Shown piece after piece: positions 26,902 through 41,243 of a stretch of 64,000 bases of DNA. Location: NCBI GenBank assembly GCA_964016885.1, contig OZ024761.1, forward strand, positions 18,786,001 to 18,850,000, written 5' to 3'. Origin of the DNA: Eledone cirrhosa (Eukaryota). Positions within the stretch are counted from its first letter, which is position 1. Each line of letters begins with the position of its first letter. A program made the position numbers and the translations under genes. A model generated the notes under the pieces. That model did no database searches. It had not been told where the DNA came from and saw only the letters and a program-made list of their open reading frames with translations.

Positions 26902-27380
26902 GGTTGAAGTTCACGTGTATCTCGCTCTCTCTCTATATATACATACATACACGGGTTTTACACACACATACATCAACCAGTAAATTACAAATACAATAGA
27001 CAATTTAAAGATTGTTCCACCACCACCACCACCACCACCATATTATAATAAACAAATGTCAAATTGTTAAAATGAAATTAAAATATACGAGTATTGTTTT
27101 AACTTGTTTCTGTCAAACCAGGAAGTAGTAATAATAATAAAAAAAAAAACAATAAACTTTAGCGACTTATTAATGTACCGAGCGATATTTCATCAGAACG
27201 TGTTGTCACAACAGACTTAGCTGAGACAGCATTGACTAAAAGAGAGCAACTTGTCACAGATCCGCTGTCTATACACTCGACAATGCCTTCGTCTCTCGTC
27301 TGGCTGTAGCCGACATCGTCTGCATTGATGATCAGATTAAAAGCCGATGTTTTCCTTTGTGAAATGTTTAAGTCCATCAT
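20405..27380 (-). CDS. YDJC: YdjC-family carbohydrate deacetylase, complete. Exons: 27380-27179, 25447-25314, 23945-23846, 22057-21883, 20750-20405
   Basis: Motifs LIINADDVGYSQTRDEGI, GLHLNLTEGCP, GFFRGKFGFR, PVHIDGHQHIHIIP, ELMVHPGY, GGCGEGPDDFSQSKDRQHEM; GT-AG introns with matching phases (1,0,1,2). Confidence 0.95.
22290..23710 (-). mobile_element. 3' fragment of a CR1/L2-type LINE in YDJC intron 3
   Basis: YAERFASLGMDTLKLRRLATDLINTHKII...TRGHAHKVRK...RKHFFTLRYAEAWNKLPASVV is a typical CR1-group ORF2 C-terminus; ends in a short (ATT)n-like tail. Confidence 0.8.
22479..23455. repeat. 61-bp tandem array, ~16 copies, amplified from the LINE 3' end
   Basis: Unit catggaggttttaaaggatgcagtgtctcgacagctaacaactgatgcaggtagtttgttc; near-identical copies, no spacers. 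Confidence 0.95.
24105..25230. repeat. 48-bp minisatellite, ~23 copies, related to the SINE 3' region
   Basis: Unit gtggcaccagcactatcactttacagcatggcttgggtgctttttatt, with variant blocks; produces the spurious 420-aa ORF. Confidence 0.95.
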
Positions 27381-28904
27381 ATTGTTTTTTTTGTAATATA
27401 AAACCAGTACTGAGTTGCCTCCCTTAAGAACAGATTTCGATTTTGATTTTTCCTTTCTCTCTCTTAACTATTTTACTACTAATCCAGACCCAAAATCAGC
27501 TCTAGTTCGCTCTGTGTAAAATACCACCCGTTTTAAAGGGTTCCTGTTTAAACCATTTTGTTAACAACCCTGCCCTAATCAGCTTTGGTTCTCTCTGAAA
27601 AATTTCGACCCAATTTAAAGAGGTGGGGTGTACTATTTAACTCTTTTGCGACCAACCCAGTCCAAACCGCCACTGCTTCTATGAAACACATGCACCTATT
27701 TTAAAGGGTTCTTATTTAACCCTTTTGCTACCAACCGGGCCCGAACCATCACTGCTTCTATGAAACCAAACCCACCCATTTTAAAGGGTTCGTATTTAAC
27801 CCTTTGCTTCTAACCCATCTATGGTTCCATAAAACAAAACCACTCGCAAGTTCATTATCTAACGATCGTTTTCCTCAAACTTTTAAAGAGTTGCCATATA
27901 AATTAAAATATTCCAACATAATTTTATATAAGAACCGTATGTTAAGTTACTATCTAATTGATAATGTTAGTAAACCCTTCAGCTATTTTCCTTAATTAAC
28001 TGTAATGTCGGAGACGTTTGGTGGGGCTGGGACGCTGACAGCGAATTTCTTACCGAGGCGTCAGGTGATGCCCGTGAGGGTGCTTGGTTGTTTCAATGTC
28101 TTAGCCTCACCATTACCCGACCTTACCGAGGTGATGCGCGCGAGGGTGCTTGGTTGTTTCAATGTCTTAGCCTCACCATTACCCGACCTTACGTGAGGGT
28201 GCTTAGTTGTTTCAGTGTCTTAGCCTCGCCATCACCCGACCTTACCGAGGTGTCAGGTTGTGCCTGTGAGGGTGCTTGGTTGTTTCAGCATCTGAGGCTC
28301 GCCAACACCCGGCATATAGTTACGCCCCCTTTACGTTCTGAGATCAAATCCCGCTGAAGTTAGCTTTGCCTTTCATCCTTGCGGGGTCAATAAAATAAAG
28401 TACCAGTAACGCACTGAGGTAGGTCGGTTTAATCCCCCCCCCCCCCCAAAAAAAAGTATTGGGCTTGTGCCTGAATCGGTGGATTGGCAGTATCGGTAGA
28501 GGGTCGGACGCTATGCTTTGACGCACAGAGTTACGGCCCTTGCCTGTCTGAGTTCAAATCCCGCTGAGGTTAACTTTGCCTTTCATCCTTACGGGGTCGA
28601 TAAAATAAAGTACCAGTAATGCACTGGGTAATTGCTGGCCTTGTGCCAAAAGTAGAAACAATTATTACGGGGTCGATAAAATAAAGTACCAGTAATGCAC
28701 TGATTAATTGCTGGCCTTGTGCCAAAAAGTAGAAACAATTATTAGAGATGCAATAATATTACAGATATCCCACATATATATACATATATACAACTTATTC
28801 AGAAATATACAATGAAAAACTTATTTTATTAGCGATCATTTTAAAAATTTCACCCGACTTTGGTTTACTCAACGTTCGAGTCATGTAACCGTATAATCAG
28901 AACA

Positions 28905-29000
28905 ATTTGATTGGCTGAAATTCTGATTGGCTGTTCTCGATTTCTGATTGGCTGTTCTCATGTTCAAAATTAAGCGCGGCCATAACTCTTTAATTCAAAT
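28905..29000 (+). promoter_or_regulatory. Cell-cycle (G2/M)-type promoter of the kinesin-6 gene: three inverted CCAAT boxes plus CHR/CDE-like elements
   Basis: GATTGGCTG with ATTGG at 28910, 28926 and 28947; TTCAAA (reverse CHR TTTGAA) at 28963 and 28994, next to GCGCGG; lies just upstream of a candidate non-coding first exon. Confidence 0.65.
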
Positions 29001-29189
29001 GTCATAAATACGCGTACACTGTTTGGTTTCTGTTTTTAAAAAATTCAAAACGATTCTTCGCTTTTTTACATTCAAATTTTGACAAATTTTAAACGATTTA
29101 TTTTTAAACGATTTATTTTAAACAACTAAATTCGTCGTTTCTATAAAGAATTGTTTTCACTAAATTTCTTGGTCTGTTGAAGTTTTTAC
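29000..29189 (+). other. Probable non-coding first exon of the kinesin-6 gene (start approximate)
   Basis: Consensus donor AC|GTAAGT at 29190 downstream of the CCAAT/CHR cluster; the next exon (acceptor ending 31860) carries the ATG at 31871. Confidence 0.5.
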
Positions 29190-31435
29190 GTAAGTAACTC
29201 CTAAAGTTTTTATCGTCGTTAATATTTTTCTAATAATATAACATATGAACCAAATGTTTTTAAAACTTAACATTTCTAACCTAATATTATTTTCTAATGC
29301 CTTCCTTGTTATAATACCGAAATATATCTTTATATACATTTATATATATATATTTTATACTCTATATGTATTTATACTCTAACTAAATATGTAAGTGACA
29401 TCATAAAGAAAATGTTTTGCTGTAACGAAAAAAAAATGTATCCGTCTATCTACCTCTCATCTGTAATTAATAATGCAATATATATATAAATAAATCAATC
29501 AAAATGTATCTATTTATACTTACAAATACTTTGTTAGGTTAATGTTTATTTCTGTAACGAAATAGATATTTAAAAACTTTTATCTTGTCTGATGTCGATT
29601 TCTTGGTCAACACCGAACTATAGAGTATATAGTAGTAATCATATTTCGTTAGGGGAATTCGAAGACTATATCAACATGCAATAGTTTTTGACTCGACAGA
29701 TGTTTCCGTGTTGGTTAAACGTGGGTACAATGAAGGTAATTCCAGGAGTGTTTATATATACATACACGTGCTAGGCTAACGATATATTTGAATGGCTAAG
29801 AGATTTCGTAAGGAAAACGCATTTTGTTTTTTGTCAGTCTATTGTTTCATATTTGACTGTTTGGACAAAGATTAAACTGAAACAGGGAAATAGATAATAA
29901 TAATGATAATAATTAATTATTATTACTACTACAACATCCTTACAGGGTCGATAAAATAAAGTACCGGACTGGGGTCGATTTATTTGGCCTTTTCTTTCCC
30001 TAAAATTGTTGGCCTTGTGCCTGATTCAGAAACCATTATTATAGGCTCAATAAAATAAAGTACCAGTAACGCACTGGGGTCGGTCGATTTAATCGATTTT
30101 CTCTTCCTCCAAAATTGTTGATTTTGTGTCTAAATGAGAAACCATTATTATGGGGTCGATAAAATAAATGTTACTAATATGACCACTTTATAGTCTAGAC
30201 TGGGTACTTTCCGTTGTTACCAATACTTTATAGGGTAGACTGGGTACTTTTTGTTGTGTCACCAATATAACCACCTTGTAGGGTGGACTGGGTTAGATTT
30301 GTTTTGGAAATGGTAATTTGATATCTTCCTCCCTACCTCTCTCTTTTTTAAGGTGTCGCCAAGATGTTCAGTGGTCAAGCAGCGACTATATACCTATGTA
30401 TCTATTTTAAAACAACAAAACCAATTTGCTATCCATTTACCCACCTATCTATATACCTTTCTATCTACCTACCTACATGTCAAGTAGACAGACAGTAATA
30501 TATAAATAGGTAGGTAGATAGATATCTATATACCTACCTATTTATATATTACTGTCTGTCTACTTGACTGACAATCTATATTTACCAATGTAACCATATT
30601 TGGACAGCACAAATCCCAATAGCAATCTAAAGATGTGTTTCTTTATTAGCCACAGGGGCACAAAAGAAGGGGACAAATACAAAGGGGGAAGTTTACATAC
30701 AATAAAAACTGAATAGATAGATAGGAAGTCATCATAATTTAGTGATATATATTTGATAGCGATAAAAAAAAAATGGAAGTAAATTATTGTAATTGATTTA
30801 AATGAATATAAAATCAATTAAGATGACTGTCAAAGTGACAAGAGGGAGAACGTTGAGGAAAATAAAGGATTGAAGTATGTTTAAATAAAATATTGTAATC
30901 AAGGAATTATATTTTTACTATGAAGCCTATCATTTTTGACAGATACTATGTTAGTATCATCATCATTTTACATCTGCTTTTCCCTGCTTGCAAGGGTGGG
31001 ATGGGAACTGATTCTGGCTTGGTTTCTACAGCTGGATGCCCTTCCTAACACCAACCTCATTTATAGTGAGTGCTGGGTGCTTTTTGTGCCGTGGCACCTC
31101 CACGACCACTTTGCAGTGGAATGATAGATACCCCAGTCTCTATCATCTCATTTCTACAGCTGAGTAAACTGGAGCAATGTGAAATAAAGTGTCTTGCTCA
31201 AGGAAACAACACATCACCCGCTCTGTGTTGTTTCCTTGAGCAAGACACTTTATTTTACATTGCTCCTCCTTCCTGGATAGTGTTAGCAATTGGAAAGAAC
31301 TCCACTCCACTTGTTAAGCGAATGGGGTCTGGGATCTTGTTGGCTAGTGGAATTCTAGTGCTGCAGTGGCCCTTAAATTAAACTGCAAATTGTAATGTGT
31401 CTTATGTGTTATCAAATATGGGATATATATATATA

Positions 31436-31477
<42 letters not shown>

Positions 31478-31870
31478 GGAAGAGGCTATGTAGCCGGTAA
31501 GAGTGTCAGCTTGAGTTAAGACAATTTGAAATGTTTTCCACCATCAATTGTTAAAAAAACAAGTTAAAATCATTTAGTCATCCATTCGTGTTATACTTTA
31601 GTTACATACACACACATCTACATGTAAATACACAAACAGATACAGACAACAGAACTACAAACGTACATACACACATACATCTACTGAAACATTCATATAC
31701 ACGCATCTATTGAAACATTCATATACACACATCTATGTAATGATTGAAGAAGGAAGGGGCTGGTGAAACACTATAGCGATGTGTGTATTGCGTCCTTTAG
31801 GGTTTACTGGCTATGTAACATATTTGATATATAATCTGTATCTCCTGCATATATTAACAGAAACTACAAT

Positions 31871-34800
31871 ATGTCAAGTGGTGAAACCATTCCGGCAGAA
31901 GAGGAAGAGAAAATTGCAGATGGCTTGCGGAAAAACTTGCTGGATGACTTCTATCCGGAATCAACAGAGAACTTTGAGAAGTTAAAGGTTTACCTGAGGG
32001 TTCGACCATTCACTGCTGAAGAGAAGCAGAATAAACATCAGGTAGAGTTTATCTTTCTTGATTAACCTCTTGTGATACCAAACTGCTTGAAACCACCACC
32101 AGTTCTATGATAGAAAGCTGTTTGTTTTAAGGTTTTTATATTTGTTTGAAAGTCCTGATTATACACAGAATATGTAAAAGTGGGTTTGTCATTAATACAC
32201 CCAAATAAACCCCCTATGAGATATAACCTCATTGGAGGCCAGCTAAACCTACATAGGTGTTAGCTGTAACATGACAAGACTGGGGTCCCTATCATTAAAG
32301 CCCCAGGAAACCTGTGAGATACAACATTATAGGTCAACTAAACCTACATAGATGTTAGCTGTAACAACAGGATTGGAGACCCTATCATTAAAATACCCAA
32401 GAAACCTCCTATCAGATACAACCTTGTACTCGGCCAGCTAAATCTACAGAGCTGTAACAGGACTGGACTGGAGCCCTTGTCATAAACCCCAGGAAACCTA
32501 TCAGATACAACCTTGTACTAGGACAGCTAAATCTACAGAGCTGTGAGCTGTAACAGTAGAACAGGAAACCTACGAGATACAGATTTGTACTAGGCCAGTA
32601 CATTTGTACAGAGCTGTGAACTGTAAATTTAATTTTTCATTATTTCCAGTGTTTCAAGCACTAAAAATAACAATGAAAAGGGTCAGTGTTACCTCTCACC
32701 CTTCTAACTTTTATTTGCTTGTCTATCAAAGTTGTTTAACCCTTTAGCATTTACATTATTCTACATTTGCTATTGTATTTTCACAGTAAACACTTTATCT
32801 CACTTAATACAGAATCTATGTGATGCTGATGTTTATTTTGAGAACAATAACTTAACATAAGTATGAGGAGCTGGTTTAAATGCTAAAGGGTTAGTTGATG
32901 ACCAAATGATCAGTGCATACACCCTTATATTTTCTAGTGTCCACTGTCATCTGTCCTTTTGTCTATCCACCAGAGCTGTTTATTAATTGGTCAAATGGTC
33001 CCTGCATCCTTACTCCACCTTATATTTTTTGTCTGTCCAACATAGCTGTTTAATTGCTGGTCACTCCATACACCCCCTCCCCTAACTGACCTTCTCTTGT
33101 GTCTCTCCACCAGAGCTGTTTGTTAATTGACGGCCAACTGATCACTGCGTATGCCCCGAAAGACTCCAACACCTTTAAAAGCAGCACCTACACAGCCAAC
33201 AAGAACATCCAGTCGTTCAAGTTCTCCAGGATATTTGAGGAGCAGACCCAACAGAGTGAATTTTACAGTGAAACATGTGAGGGCCTTGTGAAAAACTTCC
33301 TCAGCGGACAGAACTGCCTCGTATTTGCCTACGGAGTAACCAACTCTGGCAAGACTTATACAGTACAAGGTATACATTCTTTTTCTATATTATTATATAT
33401 CATCATCATCATCATCATTTAACGTCCATCTTCCACGCTAGCATGGGTTGGACGGCTTTGCCGCACTTGAGGAAATATTGGTCGGGTAACCATGTCTCGC
33501 TCGTTCTGGCGGATTTTTTACGGCTGGATGCCCTTCTTAACCACATTTACAGTGCCTTTTTACCGCATCTCCTACACAACCACTTTACAGTTAGAGGATG
33601 GAGTAGGGGTGTGGGGTGTATATTGGGTTATATATATACAGGTAAAATTTCGTTATAAAGAATTTTTCAGTATAACAAATTTTTCTTTCAATTCCCGAGG
33701 TAATAAACAAACAAACGCTCGATTTCTTTTGGTTGATCTCGTTGTAAAGAATTTTTCATTACAATAAATTTTTTTTTATATCCCGTAAATTTTGATATAA
33801 TAGAATTTTATTGTATGAGTGTTGGTGTATTTGTGTGTGTGTTTGTGGAGGCACATGGCTTAGTGGTTAGAGCATTGGCCTTGCAATCGAAAGGTTGTGA
33901 GTTCAATTCTCAGACCGGGTGATGTGTTGTTTCCTTGAGCAAGACACTTTATTTCACATTGCTCCAGTTTACTCAGCTGTAGAAATGAGATGATAGGGAT
34001 TGGGGTCCCTATCATTCCACTGCAAAGTGGTCGTGGAGGTGCCACGGCAAAAAAGCACCCAGCACTCATTGTGAATGAGGTTGGTGTTAGGAAGGGCATC
34101 CAGCTGTAGAAATCAAGCCAGAATCGGTTCCCGTCCCACCCTTGCAAGCAGGGAAAAGCGGACGTAAAATGATGATGATGATAATGTGTGTTTGTGTAAT
34201 GATAATTAAATGTCTGACTAAATGCCAAAGTTTCTATAATTCATTGTTTTGAAAACTACTGCCATTGTGTAATAATTATTGTAGGAACTCCGAAGGAACC
34301 AGGTATATTACCCCGTACCCTGGAGACCATCTTCAATCATGTCTCAGGCAGATTATGGCATGGGCTCGACCTTAAGCCCAAGATGTACCTCGATGTGATC
34401 AAATTATCTCCGAAGATTGAATCTGAAGAGAAACAGAAGAAAGAGGAACTATTACGAGTAGCTTCCTTTGAGGTCAGTTCTTTTCTGAAATATAATTATT
34501 TATTACTAGATGAAGGCGACAGCATCTTCCTCTTTCTGTCTATTCTACAACATTTAGTAAGATGGCCAACCAGATGACCTTTAGTAATTCCAGTAATTAG
34601 AGCGAATACTGTGTAGAAAGAATGTTACTGTCTTTTTTTTTTTTTCAGTGGAATTCCATCAACCGTGGCCCTCAACAAAATCCAAGCACGACTTACATTT
34701 GAGTGCCACTCACACACAAACATTCTCACTCTCCATCTATGTATATCTCTTGGCCCTCTCCCCTCTCTATATATAGATGTGTGTGTCTATATATATATAT

Positions 34801-37473
34801 ATTTGTGCGTGTCTATATATATATATATTTGTGCGTGTCTATATATATATATATTTGTGCGTGTCTATATATATATATATATATTTGTGCATGTCTATAT
34901 ATATATATATATATATATCTGTGAATGTCTATATATTGCAGGAATTTGATAACCAGAGCACTTCTGCAGAAAGTGGCTGTGAGTCATGCACTTTGGATGC
35001 ACATGAAACTGGCCAAGGTGAGGAATGGTGACCTAGTGGTTAGGGTGTTGGACTAATGACCATAAAGTCATGGGTTCAATTCCTGGACTAGGTGGTTTTG
35101 TTGTTTTTTGAGCAAGACATTTCTTTTTATATTACTTTGACGATAGAATTGGGAGGGGGGGGGGGGGGTCCTATCATTAAAAAACTCCTGAAACCTCGTA
35201 TGGGCTACAAACCTCTCGGGACAGACTTTAGGACAGACATGTGTTAGTGTGTGATAGGACTGAGGGCTGCTATCATTAACCCTTTAGCATTTAAACTGGC
35301 CATATTTGGCCAGAATTCTGACCTCTTTCTGTTCAAGCTGATTGTAACCAGCCACTCTTATTTTATGGTATTCTCATAATAAATAATATCAATCTCGTAG
35401 ATTCGATTTTATATGAGGTAAAACATTTACCATGAAAATATAATAGTAAATATAGAGTAATGTAAATGCTAAAGGGTTAAAACCTTTGAGATGCAACCAT
35501 GTAGGAGGCTAGCTAAACCTGTAAATGTGTGTGTTTGTGTATATATATATATATATATAAAAGTATTGAAGTTTTCGTTGAAAAAGTCAGAGGAATGAAG
35601 AGTGCTCTATGTAAGTTAGGGCTAAATATTTAATGTGTAATAAACAATACAATATAATTACCTCATTACCAAAGGTTTCCCGAATAAGACGAATACAAGA
35701 AACGTCCGCATTCGTTCGTCAGACAAGGCAATTTAAAACATAGTGCTATATGTATGTATATATATATATATAAAAATGAAGAATTAGAAATAGAAGCCAG
35801 GACTATCCGTCATCAGTGGTCTACTAGCCATCATAAGTATTTCTTCGCATTACAGACCCAATACCTCAGGCTAGGGTGATGCAATAACTAAAATAAGTTA
35901 TTGGGATAAAAAGAGTTGGGTGGAGAGAGAGAGAGAGAGGTAAACAAACATGAATGGTGAGGCAACGTAAAGAGAGGAAAAAATGAGAATATCAAGTCAA
36001 TAATTCATATATATATAATAGAGGCACATGGCTTAGTGGTTAGAGGATTGGCCTTGCAATCGAAAGGTTGTGAGTTCAATTCTCAGACCGGGTGATGTGG
36101 TGTTTCCTTGAGCAAGACACTTTATTTCACATTGCTCCAGTTTACTCAGCTGTAGAAATGAGATGATAGGGACTGGGATACCTATCATTCCACTGCAAAG
36201 TGGTCGTGGAGGTGCCATGGCAAAAAAAGCACCCAGCACTCACTGTAAATGAGGTTGGTGTTAGGAAGGGCATCCAGCTGTAGAAATCAAGCCAGAATCA
36301 GTTCCTGTCCCACCCTTGCAAGCAGGGAAAAAGCGGACGTAAAATGAAATGATATATATGTGTATATATATATTTGTGTGTGTGAGAGAGGACTAAGGGC
36401 TGCTATCATTAAAGCCTCCAAGAAACCTCCGAGATGCAAGCATGTAGGAGGCCAACTAAACCATTTTATTTAAATTGTTTGATTTTCTGCAGATTCTGAC
36501 ATCAATGAGGAAGACTTGCTCCGTTCAACCCAGCTGGAGGACTCCATGTTTTCTGATCAATTGAAGTACTCGGTGTGGATCAGTTTTGCCGAGGTCTACA
36601 ACGAACAGGTTTTTGATCTGTTGGTCACTCAGATCCATAAGAAACGCAACATCTTGAAGCTGGGCCAGGACAGGAATGGTAACCATTATATTCGAGGTGA
36701 GTAGTAATACTTTGCTTTTAATATGGAGATTTATATAGTGGGGTGGGCAGGGAATATTTATATGGTGGTGGGGTGGTTGTTGCCATAAAATATACAAAAC
36801 AGAACACACCTAGTACAGTAAAGTGGTAGTATTGGTGTCTCAAAAATGCACCCAGTCCACTCTGTAAAGTGATAATGCTGGTGCTGCGAAAAAAACACAC
36901 CCAGTACAGTAATTTGGTAGTGCAGGTGTCATAAAAATGTACCCAGTACATTCTGAAAAGTCGTAGTGTAGGTACCATGATAAAATGCACCTAGCTGATG
37001 CTGTAAAATAGTAAGTGCTGGTGCTTCAAAAAAACACACCCAGTACACTCTGTAAAGTGATAGTGCTAGTTCTACGAAAAAACACACCCAGTATACCCTG
37101 TAAAGTGCTAGTGATGTTACCACAAAATACACTCAGTACTCTCTGTAAAGTTGTAGTGCTGGTGTCATCCAACCCATACTAAGCATGGGAAACAAATGTT
37201 GATGGTGGTTGTGGTGATTGTCTTGGACCATTGTCTTGATTTCTTTGTGTGTTTGTGTTCTAGGTTTGACAGAAGTTAATGTCACCACCATTGAAGAAGC
37301 CCAGAAATTTCTGCTTTTGGGCCAGAAAAACCTCCACAAAGCAGCAACAAAACTCAACCATAATTCATCTCGAAGGTCAGTGTTTACTTATTGATATTTA
37401 CATCTTATTCCGTTTGATGAAACTAATACTTCATGAAATTGCATCCTCTTTTTTACTCGGGTTTTGTTTCCTT

Positions 37474-37510
<37 letters not shown>

Positions 37511-40500
37511 TGGCATTGGCCTTGAGAGATATATATATATATATATGGTAGAGCATTGGCCTTGCAATCGAAAGGTCGTGAGTTCAATTCTCAGACCGAG
37601 TGATGTGTTGTTTCCTTGTGTAAGACACTTTATTTCACATTGCTCCAGTTTACTCAGCTGTAAAAATGAGATGATAGGGACTGGGGTCCCTATCATTCCA
37701 CTGCAAAGTGGTCGTGGAGGTGCCACGGCAAAAAAAGCACCCAGCACTCACTGTAAATGAGGTTGGTGTTAGGAAGGGCATCCAGCTGTAGAAACCAAGC
37801 CAGAATCAGTTCCCGTCCCACCCTTGCAAGCAGGGAAAAGCGGACATAAAATGATGATGATGATAATGATGAATCTGAAATCATCAATCCCACTTACATA
37901 ATATATCTCTCACCAAATTCAATTCATTTCTTTCTCTTCCTATTGTAGCCATTGTATATTTAATATAAAACTGTTACAAGTTGTTAACCGGAAGAATCCG
38001 AGTGTTGCTAAAGTCAGCATGTGAGTACTCTTACATTTCTCTTACTGCTACCATTACTCTTGCTCTCTCTCTCTCCTCTCTCTCCCTCTCCCTCTCTCCT
38101 CTCTCTGTATTCTGTTCCTGGTTTCAGTCATTAGACAATGCTGTGTTAACTTGTTTTATATATGGCGTCTGCCTCAGGAATTCTGATTAGCTGACAAGAT
38201 CTGTGTCAGATGTCTGTGATTACTGTGTATGGGCAGTGTCTGTTGACAGTTGTGGTTGATGCCAATGTATTTGGTGTCTCCTGTTGATATCTGTGAGGTA
38301 TTTGTGATTCGTATGAGTTTGCCCCTGGCCCCCAAAACTTTTGGCCTTCTGCCTAAATCAGAAACCGTTATTATTATTTTTGAAGGACGTTGGATTGGCA
38401 GTATCGGTAGAGCGTCGGACACCATGCTTTGCAGCATAGAGTTACGACCCTTTACGTTCTGCGTTCAAATCCCGCTGAGGTTAGCTTTGCCTTTCATCCA
38501 TTTAAGGTTGATAAAATAAAGTACCAGTATTGCACTGGGGTCGATTTAATCGACTTACCCCCTCCTCACCAAATTGCTGGCCTTGTGCCTAAAATAGAAA
38601 CAATTATTAGTTTGGTGGATTGGCAGTATCGTGAGAGGGTCGGACGCCATGCTTTGCAGCATAGTATGGCCCTTTGCATTCTTAGTTTCATTCTTACAGG
38701 GTTGATAAAATAAAGCACCAGTAGTTCACTGGCGTCATTGCTGGCCTTGTGCCAAAAGTAGAAACAGTTATTATTATTTTTACATTATTTATATAGGGTG
38801 GTGGATTGGCAGTATCGTTAGAGGGTCGGACGCCATGCTTTCTAGCATAGTTACGTCCCTTTATGATCTGAGTTCAAATTCCGCCGAGGTTGACTTTGCC
38901 TTTCATCCTTACGGAGTCGATAAAATAAAGTACCAGTAATGTACTGGGTATTTGCTGGCCTTGTGCCTAAAGTAGAAACAATTATTTTTACATTATTTAA
39001 ACTTTTTGTTGTTTGTTTTGTTTTTGTTTTGTTTAGGTTGTCACTGTGTGACTTGGCTGGCAGTGAACGGACCTGTAAAACCCATTCTACTGGAGACCGA
39101 CTGAAAGAGGCCGGCAACATCAACACCTCGCTGTTAACTCTCGGTCGATGTATTGAAACTATGAGAATTAATCAGATAAGAAAGTGAGTTGAGGCAAAAG
39201 TAGGACAGGAACCTTTACTAGCAGGGAAAGTGGATATTGAATGATTGTGGGGTAGATGTTGGGGTTGTATATATATTTATACATAGGGATTGTATTGTCC
39301 AGTTACTGTAGGTTCACCAGAGTGAGCACTTGATGTGTAGTTTCCAGTTGGTATATTAGTGTTGTACTAAGCAGAGTGTAATACTAATAAAAATAAAAAG
39401 GGCAAAGTGTTAGATCTTCTTTACGTTTATTGAGGTTTGATGCGCGTTTCGTGATTGATCAGCTCAAGGCTCGATCTGTATTGATCTGGCCTGACTCTGG
39501 ATTCAAAAGCTTGTTGAGCTTCTGTTATGGTAATGTCATTATATATAGACATACATATTTCCAACCCTTGCAACAGGGAACGTCGATGTTAAAACGATTT
39601 GTGTGTGTGTGTGTGCATATATATATAGGAGGCACATGGCTTAGTGGTTAGAGCATTGGCCTTGCAATCGAAAGGTTGTTAGTTCAATTCTCAGACCGGG
39701 TGATGTGGTGTTGTTTCCTTGAGCAAGACACTTTATTTCACATTGCTCCAGTTTACTCAGCTGTAGAAATGAGATGTTAGGGACTGGGGTCCCTATCATT
39801 CCACTGCAAAGTGGTCGTGGAGGTGCCACGGCAAAAAAAGCACCCAGCACTCACTGTAAAGTGGTCGTGGAGGTGCCACGGCAAAAAAGCACCCAGTACC
39901 CACTGTAAATGAGGTTGGTGTTAGGAAGGGCATCCAGCTGTAGAAATCGAGCCAGAATCAGTTCCCGTCCCACCCTTGCAAGCAGGGAAAAGCGGATGTA
40001 AATATTCAAAAAAAAAAAAAAATATCACTGTTTAATGTCCATTTTTCCATGCTAGCATGGGTTAGCAAGATGTATATATATGTATATACACCTGTTATGT
40101 GTCGTCAGTGTTTAATATAGAGGTGTGAGGTATTGTGTTAATGTGTGTGTGTATAGTATTAGTTGTGTGTATTATCAGTCTTTGTATAGTATTGTCTGGT
40201 TAAACTTGAGTATTTATTTATTTATATATACATTTTTTTGTAGGGACTTTCCGAGACTGATCCCTTACCGGAATAGTAAGTTAACCCGTCTATTCCAGGG
40301 TTTCTTCAATGGTCACGGCGAGGCCATAATGATTGTGAACGTAAACAAATGTAGCAAGGTGTTTGATGAGACCCTCCAGGTATTCAAGTTCTCCGCCATT
40401 GCCAAGCAGATAGTAATCCAGAAGGACCCACTGAAGGCACCGGCAGTAAACATATCTCCTGTCCTCCCTCTTCGACCCTTATCTAACCTTGAGCGGGTTT

Positions 40501-41200
40501 CAATACCTTGGGCTGAAGACGGTAATTAATTTTCACCACCTTTGCTTATATTTCAGTCCCCCTCCCCTCGCACTATCTGAACCCTCACCTTCCATGTTTA
40601 GAAAACAACTGGGTGACCCCTGTGGGAATAATTCTGCAGTTTAATTAGAATCAATCACAAAGTATTAAAGATCAATACAAATATATCATCATCACCGTTT
40701 TATGTCCGTTCTTCCACGCTAGCATGGGTTAGACGGGTTGTCCTGTTGTGGGCAGTGTCCGGTCGGCTAACCTTGTCTTGCTCATATGGGAACTGATTCT
40801 GGCTTGATTTCTACAGCTGGATGCCCTTCCTAACACCAACCTCATTTACAGTGTGGGCTGAGTGCTCTTTTGCTGTGGGAGGGTGTGGGGGCATATTGTC
40901 TATATGCTTCAGCTTCGGCTTGTACCCATGGGAGGGGTCGGGTCTTCTGTATTACTGCGTCACGCCAGAGGTCACGGTTGTGTGTCATCGCCTTTGAGAG
41001 GTGTAATTGGGTAACGTCGGCTTTTATCACCTCATCCCAAGTCTTCTTGGGTCTCCCCACTCCGCGGTTTCCATCGACTTCTAGTGCATTGCACCTTTTT
41101 ATGCAGCTGTCACCCTTCATATGCATCACATGTCCATACCAACGCAACCGCCTCTCCTGCACACAGCATTTGATTCCTCTTATGCTCAGTCTCTTTCTCA

Positions 41201-41243
<43 letters not shown>

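Noticed and set aside
29590-30400. Additional or alternative 5' exons of the kinesin (AAG|GTAATT near 29735; tttttaag near 30352)
   Set aside because: Isolated splice-like signals without a matched partner; cannot be supported without transcripts.
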